Positions 1 to 8,831 are shown, counted from the first letter of the stretch. The stretch is DNA of 64,000 nt from Gemmatimonadaceae bacterium (GCA_045803545.1 JBJMOW010000004.1:640001-704000), one strand, 5' to 3'. Notes: generated by a model from the sequence alone, not told the origin. A program made the numbers and translations.

Positions 1-8
1 ACCGTTAG

Positions 9-487
9 CTAGCGTGTGCCCGGACCCTCGCTTGGCGAAAAGTCCAAAACGTCGAACGAGAACTCGTCGTCAATAACGTTCGTTCTCCAGTCCAACTGCG
101 CCGACGCCGGGAAGTGGTACTTAGGATCATACTTTACATCCACTCTGTCGGATTTGCGATCGTATGCAGCGGAGATCCACGCGAAAAGTGAGTCAATCGT
201 TGGGCGTCGAAACTCCTCACTCTTTCGACCGTTTGGCAGCTCTGATCGAAGTATTTCCGCGTTTGAGACTGTCGAATGAACGACGGTAAGGCGCACCCAC
301 TGGAACGCTCTCCGGCGCAAAAGCAGCGGTCGCGGTAGGTGAAGGAGTAGTTCTTGATGTGTAACGCCTTCCACGCAGCAAGTTGCGAGTCGACCTCGCG
401 CGGCATACTCGGCGTGGGGATGGAGGTCGCTGGTTGACGAGCGCAGGCGGAGATTATGATGAAGCAAGCTGTTAATCGCGCTAACAT
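9..487 (-). pseudogene. Cassette: DUF6174-like lipoprotein, frameshifted
   Basis: ORF 134-487 gives signal peptide plus YSFTYRDRCFC; ORF 9-467 frame continues QWVRLTV...TIDSLF...YDPKYHFP...DDE; removing one GA at about 308-313 joins them. Confidence 0.7.
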
Positions 488-501
488 GACTATGGACGGC
501 T

Positions 502-572
502 AGCTAACGCCTTAGTTCAGCTGGAAGCACACTACCACCATTGCGGCGAAGTCGCATCCGATACCGTTAACC
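502..572 (-). repeat. attC, internally deleted
   Basis: AGCTAAC...GTTAACC; short-family core present but AAAGTGCTTGTCAGCTGCAAC arm missing. Confidence 0.75.
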
Positions 573-587
573 AGAATGGCGAGACGG

Positions 588-1223
588 TCAATCGCCGGTG
601 ACGACTTTCACGAATTCCTTTCCATTCCAGTAGTACAACACACCTGCCTCGTTGCCGTAGAGGACGTTGATCGCTGCGTATGGTAGCGTTTCCGGCGGCC
701 TCGGCTCGAGTGTTTTCTTAAACTCCGGTGGTATGTCGAGGGGTCCGGGTGGTTCTGTGTTTATGTAGACGTACACGCCACTTTGAAACGCCTCAAGCTT
801 TCGATCCTCAATGGGAACAACTCGGTAAGCGGAGTCCGGCGCAGAAAGCAAAACTAAGAGTAGCTCCCGATTCTTGTCATGTCCGTAAAGAGCGACATCG
901 GGAATGTTATCACCATTGAAGTCACCATCAGCACGATAAGTCGTGTCGACGCGTGGAGCGTACTCAGTTGAAGGAAATCTCTGGAAACCCGGTGCGTACG
1001 CTTCGAGGGCACGAGCCATGGCAGGTACGAGGTCTGGCTCGATGCGAGTGGTGGAAGATTTTGTCGTACTCGCAGTAATGCCTCTCTTGGTATGGACTAC
1101 TTGAGCGCTATCAGGTTCCTTCTCGTTGCGTGAACATGCCAGCACCACGACGAGCGTTACCACGCCTCCGCGGAGGATCCCGGAGCAGAAGGGACTCGTG
1201 CATGTTCGCAAATCGATGGTCAT
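588..1223 (-). CDS. Cassette: putative lipoprotein with GDFNGD (FG-GAP/VCBS-like) motif
   Basis: Hydrophobic stretch ending VLAC; DGDFNGDNIPD motif; bounded by attC sites. Confidence 0.7.
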   Translation of the reverse strand: MTIDLRTCTSPFCSGILRGGVVTLVVVLACSRNEKEPDSAQVVHTKRGITASTTKSSTTRIEPDLVPAMARALEAYAPGFQRFPSTEYAPRVDTTYRADGDFNGDNIPDVALYGHDKNRELLLVLLSAPDSAYRVVPIEDRKLEAFQSGVYVYINTEPPGPLDIPPEFKKTLEPRPPETLPYAAINVLYGNEAGVLYYWNGKEFVKVVTGD

Positions 1224-1227
1224 GATT

Positions 1228-1271
1228 GCCTAACGCGCATGTCGCGCCCGCCTGCTGCACGTTCGTTAGGC
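1228..1271 (-). repeat. attC, degenerate (44 bp)
   Basis: GCCTAAC...CTGCTGCAC-GTTC-GTTAGGC; one L-box arm missing. Confidence 0.7.
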
Positions 1272-1367
1272 CGAATCACAGTTCGCCGCTTCGGAAAATA
1301 TTGCGAATGGACATGATCCCACGCCGGAGGTCGATCCGAACACCCGTCAAATGGTAGCGCCAGAAAG

Positions 1368-1769
1368 TCAGTTCCTTCTCTCGCGCAGGCCGCGCAGTTT
1401 TTGCCCGGTTAGTGATCCAATTACTACTATCGCTGCCATAATCGCATAGGCCATAAATTCGAACGGCCAAAGATTGTGGCTTGTGCCGTCTTTGATCATT
1501 TCGATTACGGCAAGAATCGGAAGAAGGATGACTGACAGGCAGCCGGCAAGTCCCTCTCGTTGAAAACCGAAAAAGCCAAGCAACACACCGAGAAAGAATA
1601 AGAGAACCCCATTCGGCCAGCCGAGTGTGTAGCTGGCATCGGTGTAAGTCTGAAAAAGCACAGTGGCGTAGTGTCGCGGAAGTGGCGACACGAGTACCGG
1701 CAGAACGAACGCCAGGTAGCCGAGTGGCGGCACTATCACCCACTTAAGAGACCGGACGTTGACTCTCAT
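1368..1769 (-). CDS. Cassette: integral membrane protein
   Basis: 133 aa, about 4 hydrophobic segments, DGTSHNLWPFE motif. Confidence 0.75.
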   Translation of the reverse strand: MRVNVRSLKWVIVPPLGYLAFVLPVLVSPLPRHYATVLFQTYTDASYTLGWPNGVLLFFLGVLLGFFGFQREGLAGCLSVILLPILAVIEMIKDGTSHNLWPFEFMAYAIMAAIVVIGSLTGQKLRGLRERRN

Positions 1770-1834
1770 AGGATCAGCCTTTACTTGCCGGATAGAGTTG
1801 ACCTACCGATCAGCGTTTGTCAGCTGGCGGGTCG

Positions 1835-1853
1835 GTCTAACGCCCAGGATCAG
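1835..1853 (-). repeat. attC remnant (R' end only)
   Basis: GTCTAACGCCCAGGATCAG abuts the stop of the neighbouring cassette gene; rest absent. Confidence 0.55.
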
Positions 1854-1854
1854 A

Positions 1855-2499
1855 TCAGCGAAAACGAGCATCGTTATCGATCCTGCGGAATAGGTCCCAC
1901 ATTGCCTTTTCGTAAACGCCGCGTGCGGGTGAGCCAGGTCCGCAGAAACCGGTTGAGTCGCGACGAACCTCTGAACCGGAGCGTTCAGTGAGGGTCCAAC
2001 CCGGATAATCTGAGCAAACCAGATTGGGATCTTGAGGTGGCAGCACAGGAGGTGCCGATGCGCGAAGCGAGTCTAGAGTTCTAAGCACTCGCGCCCAATT
2101 TGGTTCAGAACGAAAGGGGACGCGACAGATTGCTTAGTCCTTCGTTCTCACAAATGATCGACAATGATATTCTGCCCGTTGTCTTGCCTCGATTTCTTCC
2201 ACCACGCTCAGCCCAGCAGAATCGTCGGCTTCCACCAAGTAGTGGGAGATGTAGGACTCACCACGAACTCCGGCCGAGTCTACTATGATGCGAACGGTCG
2301 GGCCTGGGCCAGCCAGACCGAAATCCTGATGAATGCGGATCTCACGACCAACATTGCTTGCGATCGAAGACCCGATGTCTGGCAGCGGCCACTCGAATTC
2401 TGCCGATCTCATTGGACGTCGTGGCGCGCACGTGAGAAGTGCAGATGAACAGAGCACGGCGATCATCCGCACGATTCTAAAGTCTTTCACTCGAGACAC
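1855..2499 (-). pseudogene. Cassette: exported protein interrupted by in-frame TAA
   Basis: ORFs 2134-2499 and 1855-2088 are in the same frame: RTKD*AICRVPFRSEPNWARVLRTLD. Confidence 0.7.
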
Positions 2500-2514
2500 G
2501 ACCAGTGTTTTACT

Positions 2515-2606
2515 ACCTAACGCCCTAGGTCAGCTGCACGCACGGTATCAGCATTGCGGCGTAGCGGCATCCGAAAAGTGCCTGTCAGCTGCAACGTTCG
2601 TTAGGT
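2515..2606 (-). repeat. attC (92 bp, short family)
   Basis: ACCTAAC...GTTAGGT with CAGCTGCA arms. Confidence 0.9.
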
Positions 2607-2963
2607 AGCGTCGTCGTCGACGTTGTTGACCGGTGGCGAGCGGTATCCGCCAAGAACCGCGCCCGCGCCGATCAAGAGCGTGCTCATAATTGGACCAATT
2701 GGACTGGACAATGTGTTCACGACAACGACGCACGCCATCAAGAACCCGATGACCGTTCCGAGTACCGTCGGCCAGTACTGGGATTGGGCGATCCAACGCC
2801 GCCAGAGGGCAATCCGTGCGACGAGCATCGACGCGAGGATCCCACCGAGAATCCCGCCCGCCCAGAGTCCTGTTTTGCCGAACGCATGTCCGACCATCGA
2901 TCCGAGTGCGCCGCCAGCACCACCGAGCACGCAAGCCAGAAAGAAGAGAGCAGCGCGGTTCAT
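2601..2963 (-). CDS. Cassette: Gly-rich small membrane protein
   Basis: 120 aa, 4 hydrophobic segments, GAGGAG-type RBS, stop within R'' box. Confidence 0.8.
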   Translation of the reverse strand: MNRAALFFLACVLGGAGGALGSMVGHAFGKTGLWAGGILGGILASMLVARIALWRRWIAQSQYWPTVLGTVIGFLMACVVVVNTLSSPIGPIMSTLLIGAGAVLGGYRSPPVNNVDDDAT

Positions 2964-2986
2964 GGAATCCTCCTCACGGCACCAGC

Positions 2987-3140
2987 CGCTAACGGATTAT
3001 CAAACGCTTGTCGCGCGGAGTGCATTTCGGAGGAATCACTTGTCAGTTTCGGGAGCGTGTCTGTCTCCGCGCTGAAAGATCTTGCCAGGCGACAAACCCA
3101 ACCACTATCGAGGGCTCGTCTGCAGCAACTACCGTTAGAT
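2987..3140 (-). repeat. attC, apparently chimeric (154 bp)
   Basis: Right half matches the long family; left half (CGCTAACGGATTATCAAAC) does not. Confidence 0.65.
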
Positions 3141-3554
3141 AGTGCGTGCGTCGGGTGCGAGTGATTCATTGCCTGTGATTTTCGGATCGCCGGTCCACCA
3201 AGTTCTGTTCTTTCGTCTTTGTAGTTCCTCCGGCCAAGGCTCCGTACTCAACAGGCGCATTGTGTCGCCAAGATCTGGCCGATAACTCGGCGCTCGGAGT
3301 AACCATACCCCGATCGCAATAGCGGCGGCGAAGACGCCAACCAAAACGATGACTCCGCTAGTCGGTGTCTTCTCATCAAACGCAGCTGGCCAAATCGTGG
3401 CGACTATCTCGACGAGTATCGCCAAGGTTCCGAGCGACACGAACCAGAGGCCGGCGACTCTGCGCAAAAGATTAGTAAAGCGTGCGTGGCCCAACTTCCT
3501 CAAGAGAAAGAAGAACGAACCGACGAACAAAATCCCTACGACTACGCTGCGCAT
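3135..3554 (-). CDS. Cassette: membrane protein
   Basis: 139 aa, three hydrophobic segments, stop within R'' box. Confidence 0.75.
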   Translation of the reverse strand: MRSVVVGILFVGSFFFLLRKLGHARFTNLLRRVAGLWFVSLGTLAILVEIVATIWPAAFDEKTPTSGVIVLVGVFAAAIAIGVWLLRAPSYRPDLGDTMRLLSTEPWPEELQRRKNRTWWTGDPKITGNESLAPDARTI

Positions 3555-3562
3555 TGTGTCTC

Positions 3563-3591
3563 GTGCTTGCCTGCTGCAACGTTCGTTAGAC
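3563..3591 (-). repeat. attC half site (R'' side only)
   Basis: GTGCTTGCCTGCTGCAACGTTCGTTAGAC present; no CTAAC partner before the ATG at 3554. Confidence 0.7.
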
Positions 3592-3647
3592 GGTCAGGGA
3601 GGCGGCGGCCGCTCCTTTGGAGAGCGTCGGCGTGTGTCACCATCTTC

Positions 3648-4640
3648 CTAGTACACGTCAAGGTCCCGACCGATGACAAACTGCCCGGTGTATCGCGAGC
3701 TGATTTCGTCCCGGAGCACTTCTTCCGCGGAGCCCAATGCGGCACCACCAGCTGCAGCGGACAGAAACTTCGGAGGTGCAATCCCGGGACGGAATCCTAG
3801 GGTGTGATAGATCACCAGTAATTTCGGCTTTGCCCGCATCGCGAGGGCAGCCAGCTGTTCGGTCGTCGTATGGTACTTGGTGACAAAGGAGTGGAGACGT
3901 TCGGGCATCTTCGCATACAACTCCATCGGCTGCGCCTCGTGGACCAGAACGTCACATCCGTGACAAGCCTTGATTGTCTCGTCGGTTGGACCGGTATCGC
4001 CCGAGATCACGATACTGCGGTCCGTGGTATCGAACCGAAATCCGTAACTCTCCATCGCGTGTTGGGTGACGAACGCGGTTACGGTTACCAGTGAGTCCTT
4101 GTAGACGATCCCCGGCTTGATTTCATGCGCGTTCACTTTCCAGCCATCAGCGATAGCGCGTTGGTTTCCCTGCGGGTTGGTGCGCGTCTCGATGTCGATG
4201 CGATAAGCCTGCAGAATGTGATCTGTCATCGACTTCAATCCGGTCGGGCCATAGACCTCGAGCGGAGTGCTGCGCCCCGACGTCCATCCAGTGAAGATCA
4301 GATCCGGGTAACCAGCCGTGTGATCGGAGTGCAGGTGCGTAACGAAAGCAACTTTGAGGTTGGCGGGCTCGAGTGCCGTGACACCTCGTTGGAGAACAGC
4401 GGCTTCCGCACGACGTACGACTCCGGGTCCAAAATCGACCAGATAGGCATTGTCCCCAACAATGATTGCGGTCGCAGGACCGGACCGGTCCGGATCGGGA
4501 ACAGGTGTGCCCGTTCCGAGCAGCACCACGCGCGTCCGCGGTAGATTGTCCACAGGCCGCTCTACGAGAAGTTGTCTATGAGGAGCGACGACCGTTGTTA
4601 GGAGTGCAGCAAAATGGCAGACGACCTGAGGGATAATCAT
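3648..4640 (-). CDS. Cassette: MBL-fold metallohydrolase (RNase Z/AtsA-like)
   Basis: LLGTG, THLHSDH (HxHxDH), SGDT, LVHEA, YHT motifs. Confidence 0.9.
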   Translation of the reverse strand: MIIPQVVCHFAALLTTVVAPHRQLLVERPVDNLPRTRVVLLGTGTPVPDPDRSGPATAIIVGDNAYLVDFGPGVVRRAEAAVLQRGVTALEPANLKVAFVTHLHSDHTAGYPDLIFTGWTSGRSTPLEVYGPTGLKSMTDHILQAYRIDIETRTNPQGNQRAIADGWKVNAHEIKPGIVYKDSLVTVTAFVTQHAMESYGFRFDTTDRSIVISGDTGPTDETIKACHGCDVLVHEAQPMELYAKMPERLHSFVTKYHTTTEQLAALAMRAKPKLLVIYHTLGFRPGIAPPKFLSAAAGGAALGSAEEVLRDEISSRYTGQFVIGRDLDVY

Positions 4641-4689
4641 CGGTAACCTCTGTGAATCAGCATTACGAAGCGAGCGCCTGGTGGGATCC

Positions 4690-4783
4690 GTCTAAGGCCC
4701 AAGTTCAGCTGCGGGCGAATCAAATAAAAAGCGAGCGAACCGAGCATCCAAAAATCGCCCGACTGGTGCAGCGTTCGTTAGAC
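4690..4783 (-). repeat. attC with mutated crossover core (GTT to CTT)
   Basis: GTCTAAG instead of GTCTAAC at 4690-4696; GTTAGAC at 4777-4783. Confidence 0.8.
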
Positions 4784-4996
4784 CGGCGGCGCGAACGCCT
4801 TGAGGTACCCGCACTTGGGACAGCGATAGCTGACCACCGGAAAGAGCTCCTTCCCACGCGTCTTGATTCCGGTCAACCGCCTCTCTTCCACCGGACCGCG
4901 AAGCCACGTCTGCGTACGACGGCTTTCCAAGTCGAGCGTAACTCCCTCTTCCATCGAAGCGTTGCATTCTGGACACGTCTGGGGCTTGGGCGTCAT
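4778..4996 (-). CDS. Cassette: small zinc-ribbon protein (DUF6487/PF20097-like)
   Basis: CPECNASMEEG...YRCPKCGY. Confidence 0.75.
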   Translation of the reverse strand: MTPKPQTCPECNASMEEGVTLDLESRRTQTWLRGPVEERRLTGIKTRGKELFPVVSYRCPKCGYLKAFAPPV

Positions 4997-5030
4997 TGCG
5001 AATCCTTGAACGCGAGGCAGGTCGTGCTCG

Positions 5031-5121
5031 GTCTAACCCCTAGTTCAGTTGCAAGCACACTACCAGCATTGCCGCGTAGCCGCATCCGAAACGTGCTTGT
5101 CTGCTGCAATGTTCGTTAGGT
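5031..5121 (-). repeat. attC (91 bp, short family)
   Basis: GTCTAAC...GTTAGGT. Confidence 0.9.
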
Positions 5122-5760
5122 AGCCGGCGATGCGGCAGTCTTTGATTTTTTCCTTGCATTAATCTTAGCCTTGAGCTTGGCTTGAAATCCTCTTCGCTGT
5201 TTGGTTACCTCGTAGAGCACAATTCCTGACGACGTACCAAGATTCAAGCTTTCGATAATTCCAAACATCGGAATGTTCACACACAACTCGCTTCGCTGCA
5301 GTGCGAGGTCACTAATCCCTATGCCTTCGTTTCCAAACCAAACCGCGAGTTTCTTGAACCTGGTGTAATCTGCTTCGTGCAGCACCACGTTTTTGCACCC
5401 CTTAGTGTGTGGAGACGTGACAACCGAAACGAACCTATTTCGTTCGAGATGTTCGAGACAGCTTGCGGTGTCATGGAATTTCTTGACGAAGCTCCACTTG
5501 ATTGCAGAAGCCGAGATGGCACTCAACGTTTTTCTAGTGCGCATTTCCTGCCAGTCGTCCGGCAAGAAAGTCTGGTCAGTGACGATGTAGGTCTTCTCGA
5601 CGCCGAGTGCGTTCACATTTCTAATAATCGTTCCAATATTTCTTAGATCGCTCGGGTTCTCGATCACCGCGATCAGGTTTTTGCAGCGGAACTCCTTGAT
5701 CTTATCGGCTTTCGCGCGGAGCGATGGTTTCGATTTCTTGATCTCTTCCATAAGTGCCAT
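5116..5760 (-). CDS. Cassette: SpoU/TrmH-family RNA 2'-O-methyltransferase
   Basis: RNIGTIIRN, FGNEGIGIS, IPMFGIIESLNL motifs; start trimmed to ATG outside attC. Confidence 0.9.
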   Translation of the reverse strand: MALMEEIKKSKPSLRAKADKIKEFRCKNLIAVIENPSDLRNIGTIIRNVNALGVEKTYIVTDQTFLPDDWQEMRTRKTLSAISASAIKWSFVKKFHDTASCLEHLERNRFVSVVTSPHTKGCKNVVLHEADYTRFKKLAVWFGNEGIGISDLALQRSELCVNIPMFGIIESLNLGTSSGIVLYEVTKQRRGFQAKLKAKINARKKSKTAASPAT

Positions 5761-5769
5761 CTGAGGCGT

Positions 5770-5900
5770 ACCTAACGCCCAAGTTCTGCCGCGAGCGCCC
5801 AACCGAGTGAGCGCGACAAGCTAAACGTCGTTAAGACTCGAAGGGAGATCAACCTTAATTCCTCGAAGCGAGCGCTCGTCTGCTGCAACTATCGTTAGAT
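5770..5900 (-). repeat. attC (131 bp)
   Basis: ACCTAAC...GTTAGAT. Confidence 0.9.
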
Positions 5901-5918
5901 GGCAGCGATGGAACCTTG

Positions 5919-6293
5919 CTAGCTTGCTCTGGGAAGTGGAGAGAGCTTAGCAATCCGCTCAGCGTCTTTGGAGCTGAGCGCGTGCCAAAGATCCCAGTCC
6001 AACTGCAGGCCGAGCCAGAAATCCGCGCTCATTCCTGTTACCTGGGCGAAACGGAGTGCCGTATCTGGTGTGACGCCTCGTTTCTGACGAATGATCTCAT
6101 TGAGCCGAGGGAGGGAGACGCCGAGGCGGATGGCGAAGGCAGACTGTGAGACTCCGAGTGGCTTCAGGAACTCCTCCAGAAGCATCTCACCCGGGTGTAC
6201 CGGTGGAATCGCTGTTGGCAAGCGACGGCGCACCAGCCGCGGGATGCTCGATGAGCGCTTAGTGGTAGTCCGTGACTTCGACTTCGTCGGCAT
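5919..6293 (-). CDS. higA: Cassette: HigA-family antitoxin
   Basis: PVHPGEMLLEEFLKPLG...RLNEII...TPDTALR...FWLGLQ. Confidence 0.9.
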   Translation of the reverse strand: MPTKSKSRTTTKRSSSIPRLVRRRLPTAIPPVHPGEMLLEEFLKPLGVSQSAFAIRLGVSLPRLNEIIRQKRGVTPDTALRFAQVTGMSADFWLGLQLDWDLWHALSSKDAERIAKLSPLPRAS

Positions 6294-6372
6294 AAGTCCC
6301 CTCCCAGCGGAAACAGACCCGGTACTGATTATTGATGTGGATACTGTGTTGACCGCGTCGATTTCCTTCGAA
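6259..6372 (-). pseudogene. higB: HigB toxin, C-terminal fragment only
   Basis: Manual translation FEGNRRGQHSIHINNQYRVCFRWEGTYADEVEVTDYH*; no start codon, fused to a half attC. Confidence 0.85.
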
Positions 6373-6414
6373 GCGCATCCGAAAAGTGCTTGTCTGCTGC
6401 AACGTTGGTTAGAC
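6373..6414 (-). repeat. attC half site (R'' side only)
   Basis: GCATCCGAAAAGTGCTTGTCTGCTGCAACGTTGGTTAGAC joined directly to the higB fragment. Confidence 0.8.
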
Positions 6415-6888
6415 CGCCGACGTCCCGATTTCCAACTCATAAAACAGTGTGTCGCCAAATTCCACTGCGCGATATGGTGCGATCGCTCGGAAGCCCAGGC
6501 TCGCGTAGAGGTGCTGCGCCGCGTACATCGTCGTGAGGGTGCCCAGCCTTAGGCGCTCGTACCCCATCGATCGAGCCTCGAGAATCGCGTGTTGCGCGAG
6601 GGCGCGGGCGATCCCGCGGCCACGGCTAGCCGGCCGGACGTACATGCGTTTTAGTTCGGCGATTCTGGGAGTCAGCTTGTGTAAGGCAACGCATCCCGCA
6701 GCTTCGGCTCCGTCCCACGCGAGCCATAACCCGCCCGCTGGCGCGACATACGGCGTTGGGAGTGCGGCCAGGAGAATGACCGTGGCCGCCGAATCGTGTG
6801 CCTCAGAATGGGCTTCGATATGTGCTTGAATAAGAGCTCGCGCCGCGGCGAGGGCGTGCGCGGTATCGACGCGATTGATCTCAACCAT
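6409..6888 (-). CDS. Cassette: GNAT acetyltransferase
   Basis: ELKRMYVRPASRGRGIA, LYASLGF. Confidence 0.9.
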   Translation of the reverse strand: MVEINRVDTAHALAAARALIQAHIEAHSEAHDSAATVILLAALPTPYVAPAGGLWLAWDGAEAAGCVALHKLTPRIAELKRMYVRPASRGRGIARALAQHAILEARSMGYERLRLGTLTTMYAAQHLYASLGFRAIAPYRAVEFGDTLFYELEIGTSAV

Positions 6889-6906
6889 GAGCGAAGCCCG
6901 GTGGCT

Positions 6907-7034
6907 GTCTAACGCCCAAGTTCAGCTGCAAGCGATTCTACTAAACCAGCGCGATGGATTCGCACGGACGAAATACGCGAAAGGCGCACAACCAACGACT
7001 ATCACGCGCTCGTCTGCTGCAACTATCGTTAGCC
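6907..7034 (-). repeat. attC (128 bp)
   Basis: GTCTAAC...GTTAGCC. Confidence 0.92.
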
Positions 7035-7046
7035 AGCGGTGATCCG

Positions 7047-7523
7047 TTAATCAGTTCGACCAATAGGTTGGGCAGCACTGCGCAGCAAATACGAATTATT
7101 GCTCAGATCCCTGAGCTGCACCACGCCCACAACAAAATCGCCAACCGGCCACGGGGGTCCCTGTCGTGATACGTACTCGATTTGAGTCGGCGTTGAAATC
7201 TGCGGCTGGTAGCCGGGCACGGACACCCATGCTTCGTCACCTCGTACAAGCCAGGCTTTCTCAGCTCGCAAGCCTACTGGAAAAGTCCCCGCGCTGACGA
7301 TGAGGCGAAATCCAGTTATCAGGCGAGTGTCCACTGCAGTGCCAGGCTGAAAATCACGGTAAGGATAGATGTCCAGTCGAAGAGTGGCACTCTCGACGAC
7401 AAGTTGATTTGGGGAATTCAGCAGGTCGGGGGAAACTCGTTCAATAGGGGCAAAAGGGGCGGAGTTACACGCTGCTAGCACGCCGACCAAGAACGTTATC
7501 AAAAGGTTGCCATTCCTTGCCAC
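7047..7523 (-). CDS. Cassette: putative lipoprotein
   Basis: GTG start after AGGAGG; lipobox LAAC. Confidence 0.75.
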   Translation of the reverse strand: MARNGNLLITFLVGVLAACNSAPFAPIERVSPDLLNSPNQLVVESATLRLDIYPYRDFQPGTAVDTRLITGFRLIVSAGTFPVGLRAEKAWLVRGDEAWVSVPGYQPQISTPTQIEYVSRQGPPWPVGDFVVGVVQLRDLSNNSYLLRSAAQPIGRTD

Positions 7524-7538
7524 AGTTCCTCCTCGTCT

Positions 7539-7668
7539 GGCTAACGCCCAGTTCAGCTGCGAGCGCTGTCCCATTTGAGCGAGACAAACTAAACCTCGTT
7601 AAGGGTCGAAGAGCGATCAACCCTAATTCCTTGAAGCGAGCGCTCGTCTGCTGCAACTACCGTTAGGA
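7539..7668 (-). repeat. attC (130 bp)
   Basis: GGCTAAC...GTTAGGA; interior resembles attC 5770-5900. Confidence 0.92.
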
Positions 7669-8169
7669 AGCGTGGTCACCGATGCGTCGGGGTGGCTCCC
7701 CTTTCTTGCGGAATGCCACGCCAATAATACTCCCGAAGAAAATGCTCAACGCTGCGAGGAAAACGTAATCGACTTTATCCATCGCCTGGAACAGTGCGTG
7801 CGACTTCCGGTTCGTATCGAGGTGAAAAATCACCCACAGATACGGCGCTGCCGTAACTATCCCAGCGAGGTAAGGACCGGGTGTTCCAGCTCGTTTCACG
7901 TAGCGGCCGATCAGAGTATATGACACACCGGCAAGCGCGCCGGCAGCGATGGCCGTGAGCAAAAACCCGGCGCCGTTAGTCAGGTCAGCCAGTGGCGTAC
8001 TACTCGTCAACAGGACATAGACGATCGCTATAGGAATTATGATGAGAGCGCCGCGCGCGCCCATAAAGAGGAGTATTACCGCGGCGCCGTACGCGATCGG
8101 CTGGAAAAATTCCGGCAGCGTCTTAATTCGGCGCTCGAGCGCTTCTCCGAACGAAATGATGTCAGCCAT
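7663..8169 (-). CDS. Cassette: membrane protein
   Basis: Multiple hydrophobic segments; start trimmed to MADIIS. Confidence 0.75.
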   Translation of the reverse strand: MADIISFGEALERRIKTLPEFFQPIAYGAAVILLFMGARGALIIIPIAIVYVLLTSSTPLADLTNGAGFLLTAIAAGALAGVSYTLIGRYVKRAGTPGPYLAGIVTAAPYLWVIFHLDTNRKSHALFQAMDKVDYVFLAALSIFFGSIIGVAFRKKGEPPRRIGDHAS

Positions 8170-8190
8170 ACATGAATGCCCGTTGACGCT

Positions 8191-8319
8191 ACCTAACGCC
8201 CCTGTTCTGCTGCGAGCGATCTGCTCAACATGCGCGATGGAATTTGTGCCGCGCAAGATCTCGACAGCCGCACAACCCAACGATTATCACGCGCTCGTCT
8301 GCAGCAACTACCGTTAGCC
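8191..8319 (-). repeat. attC (129 bp)
   Basis: ACCTAAC...GTTAGCC. Confidence 0.92.
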
Positions 8320-8595
8320 AGCGGCGAGAACCGCTCGACGTAGCGACTGTGGAAGTGCGATAGAAGCAAACAGCGAAGCTGGATACAGGTAATCCTCGCC
8401 GGATTCGTCGATTACTCGAAGCTGGTTGTGCGATGCAGCATCAGAATCAGGCAGCACCTCGTAGATCTTTCGCGGCTCGAGAGATACTTCGTAGCCATCG
8501 TTTCGCAGACAAAGCACAATGCTGCGAGAGCGCGTTGATGCCGACTTCTTCCGGCGACGCGGTTTAGTCGAGGTAGCGTTTGATTTTGTACTCAT
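8314..8595 (-). CDS. Cassette gene 2 of pair: small protein with RVIDESGEDYLYP motif (candidate antitoxin/immunity)
   Basis: 93 aa; start overlaps the upstream gene by 32 bp. Confidence 0.75.
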   Translation of the reverse strand: MSTKSNATSTKPRRRKKSASTRSRSIVLCLRNDGYEVSLEPRKIYEVLPDSDAASHNQLRVIDESGEDYLYPASLFASIALPQSLRRAVLAAG

Positions 8596-8797
8596 GTCTG
8601 CCGATGCCGGTGGCTTCGTACCAGTGAAGTTCTGCTCGGCGCACCGAGCCATCCTCGAGTCTTACCCTAGCAGTACCTTTGCGTTTCCGCCAGCGTCCGC
8701 GACCGTAGGCACGTTGTAAGCGCCTTAGCTCTCTGATTCGGTTGCCGACGGCGATCGTTTCTATATTTGAGAGACGATCTAGGATCTCAAAGTCCAC
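8564..8797 (-). CDS. Cassette gene 1 of pair: small basic protein with WRKRKG and ELHWYE motifs (candidate toxin)
   Basis: 77 aa, Arg-rich; shares one cassette with 8314-8595. Confidence 0.75.
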   Translation of the reverse strand: MDFEILDRLSNIETIAVGNRIRELRRLQRAYGRGRWRKRKGTARVRLEDGSVRRAELHWYEATGIGRHEYKIKRYLD

Positions 8798-8831
8798 AAC
8801 TAAAGCTATTCTGGCCGGCTCTATTTCGTCT

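Noticed and set aside
3648..4640. MBL-fold cassette as a metallo-beta-lactamase
   Set aside because: Motifs (LLGTG, SGDT, HEA, YHT) fit the RNase Z/arylsulfatase-like branch rather than B1-B3 lactamases
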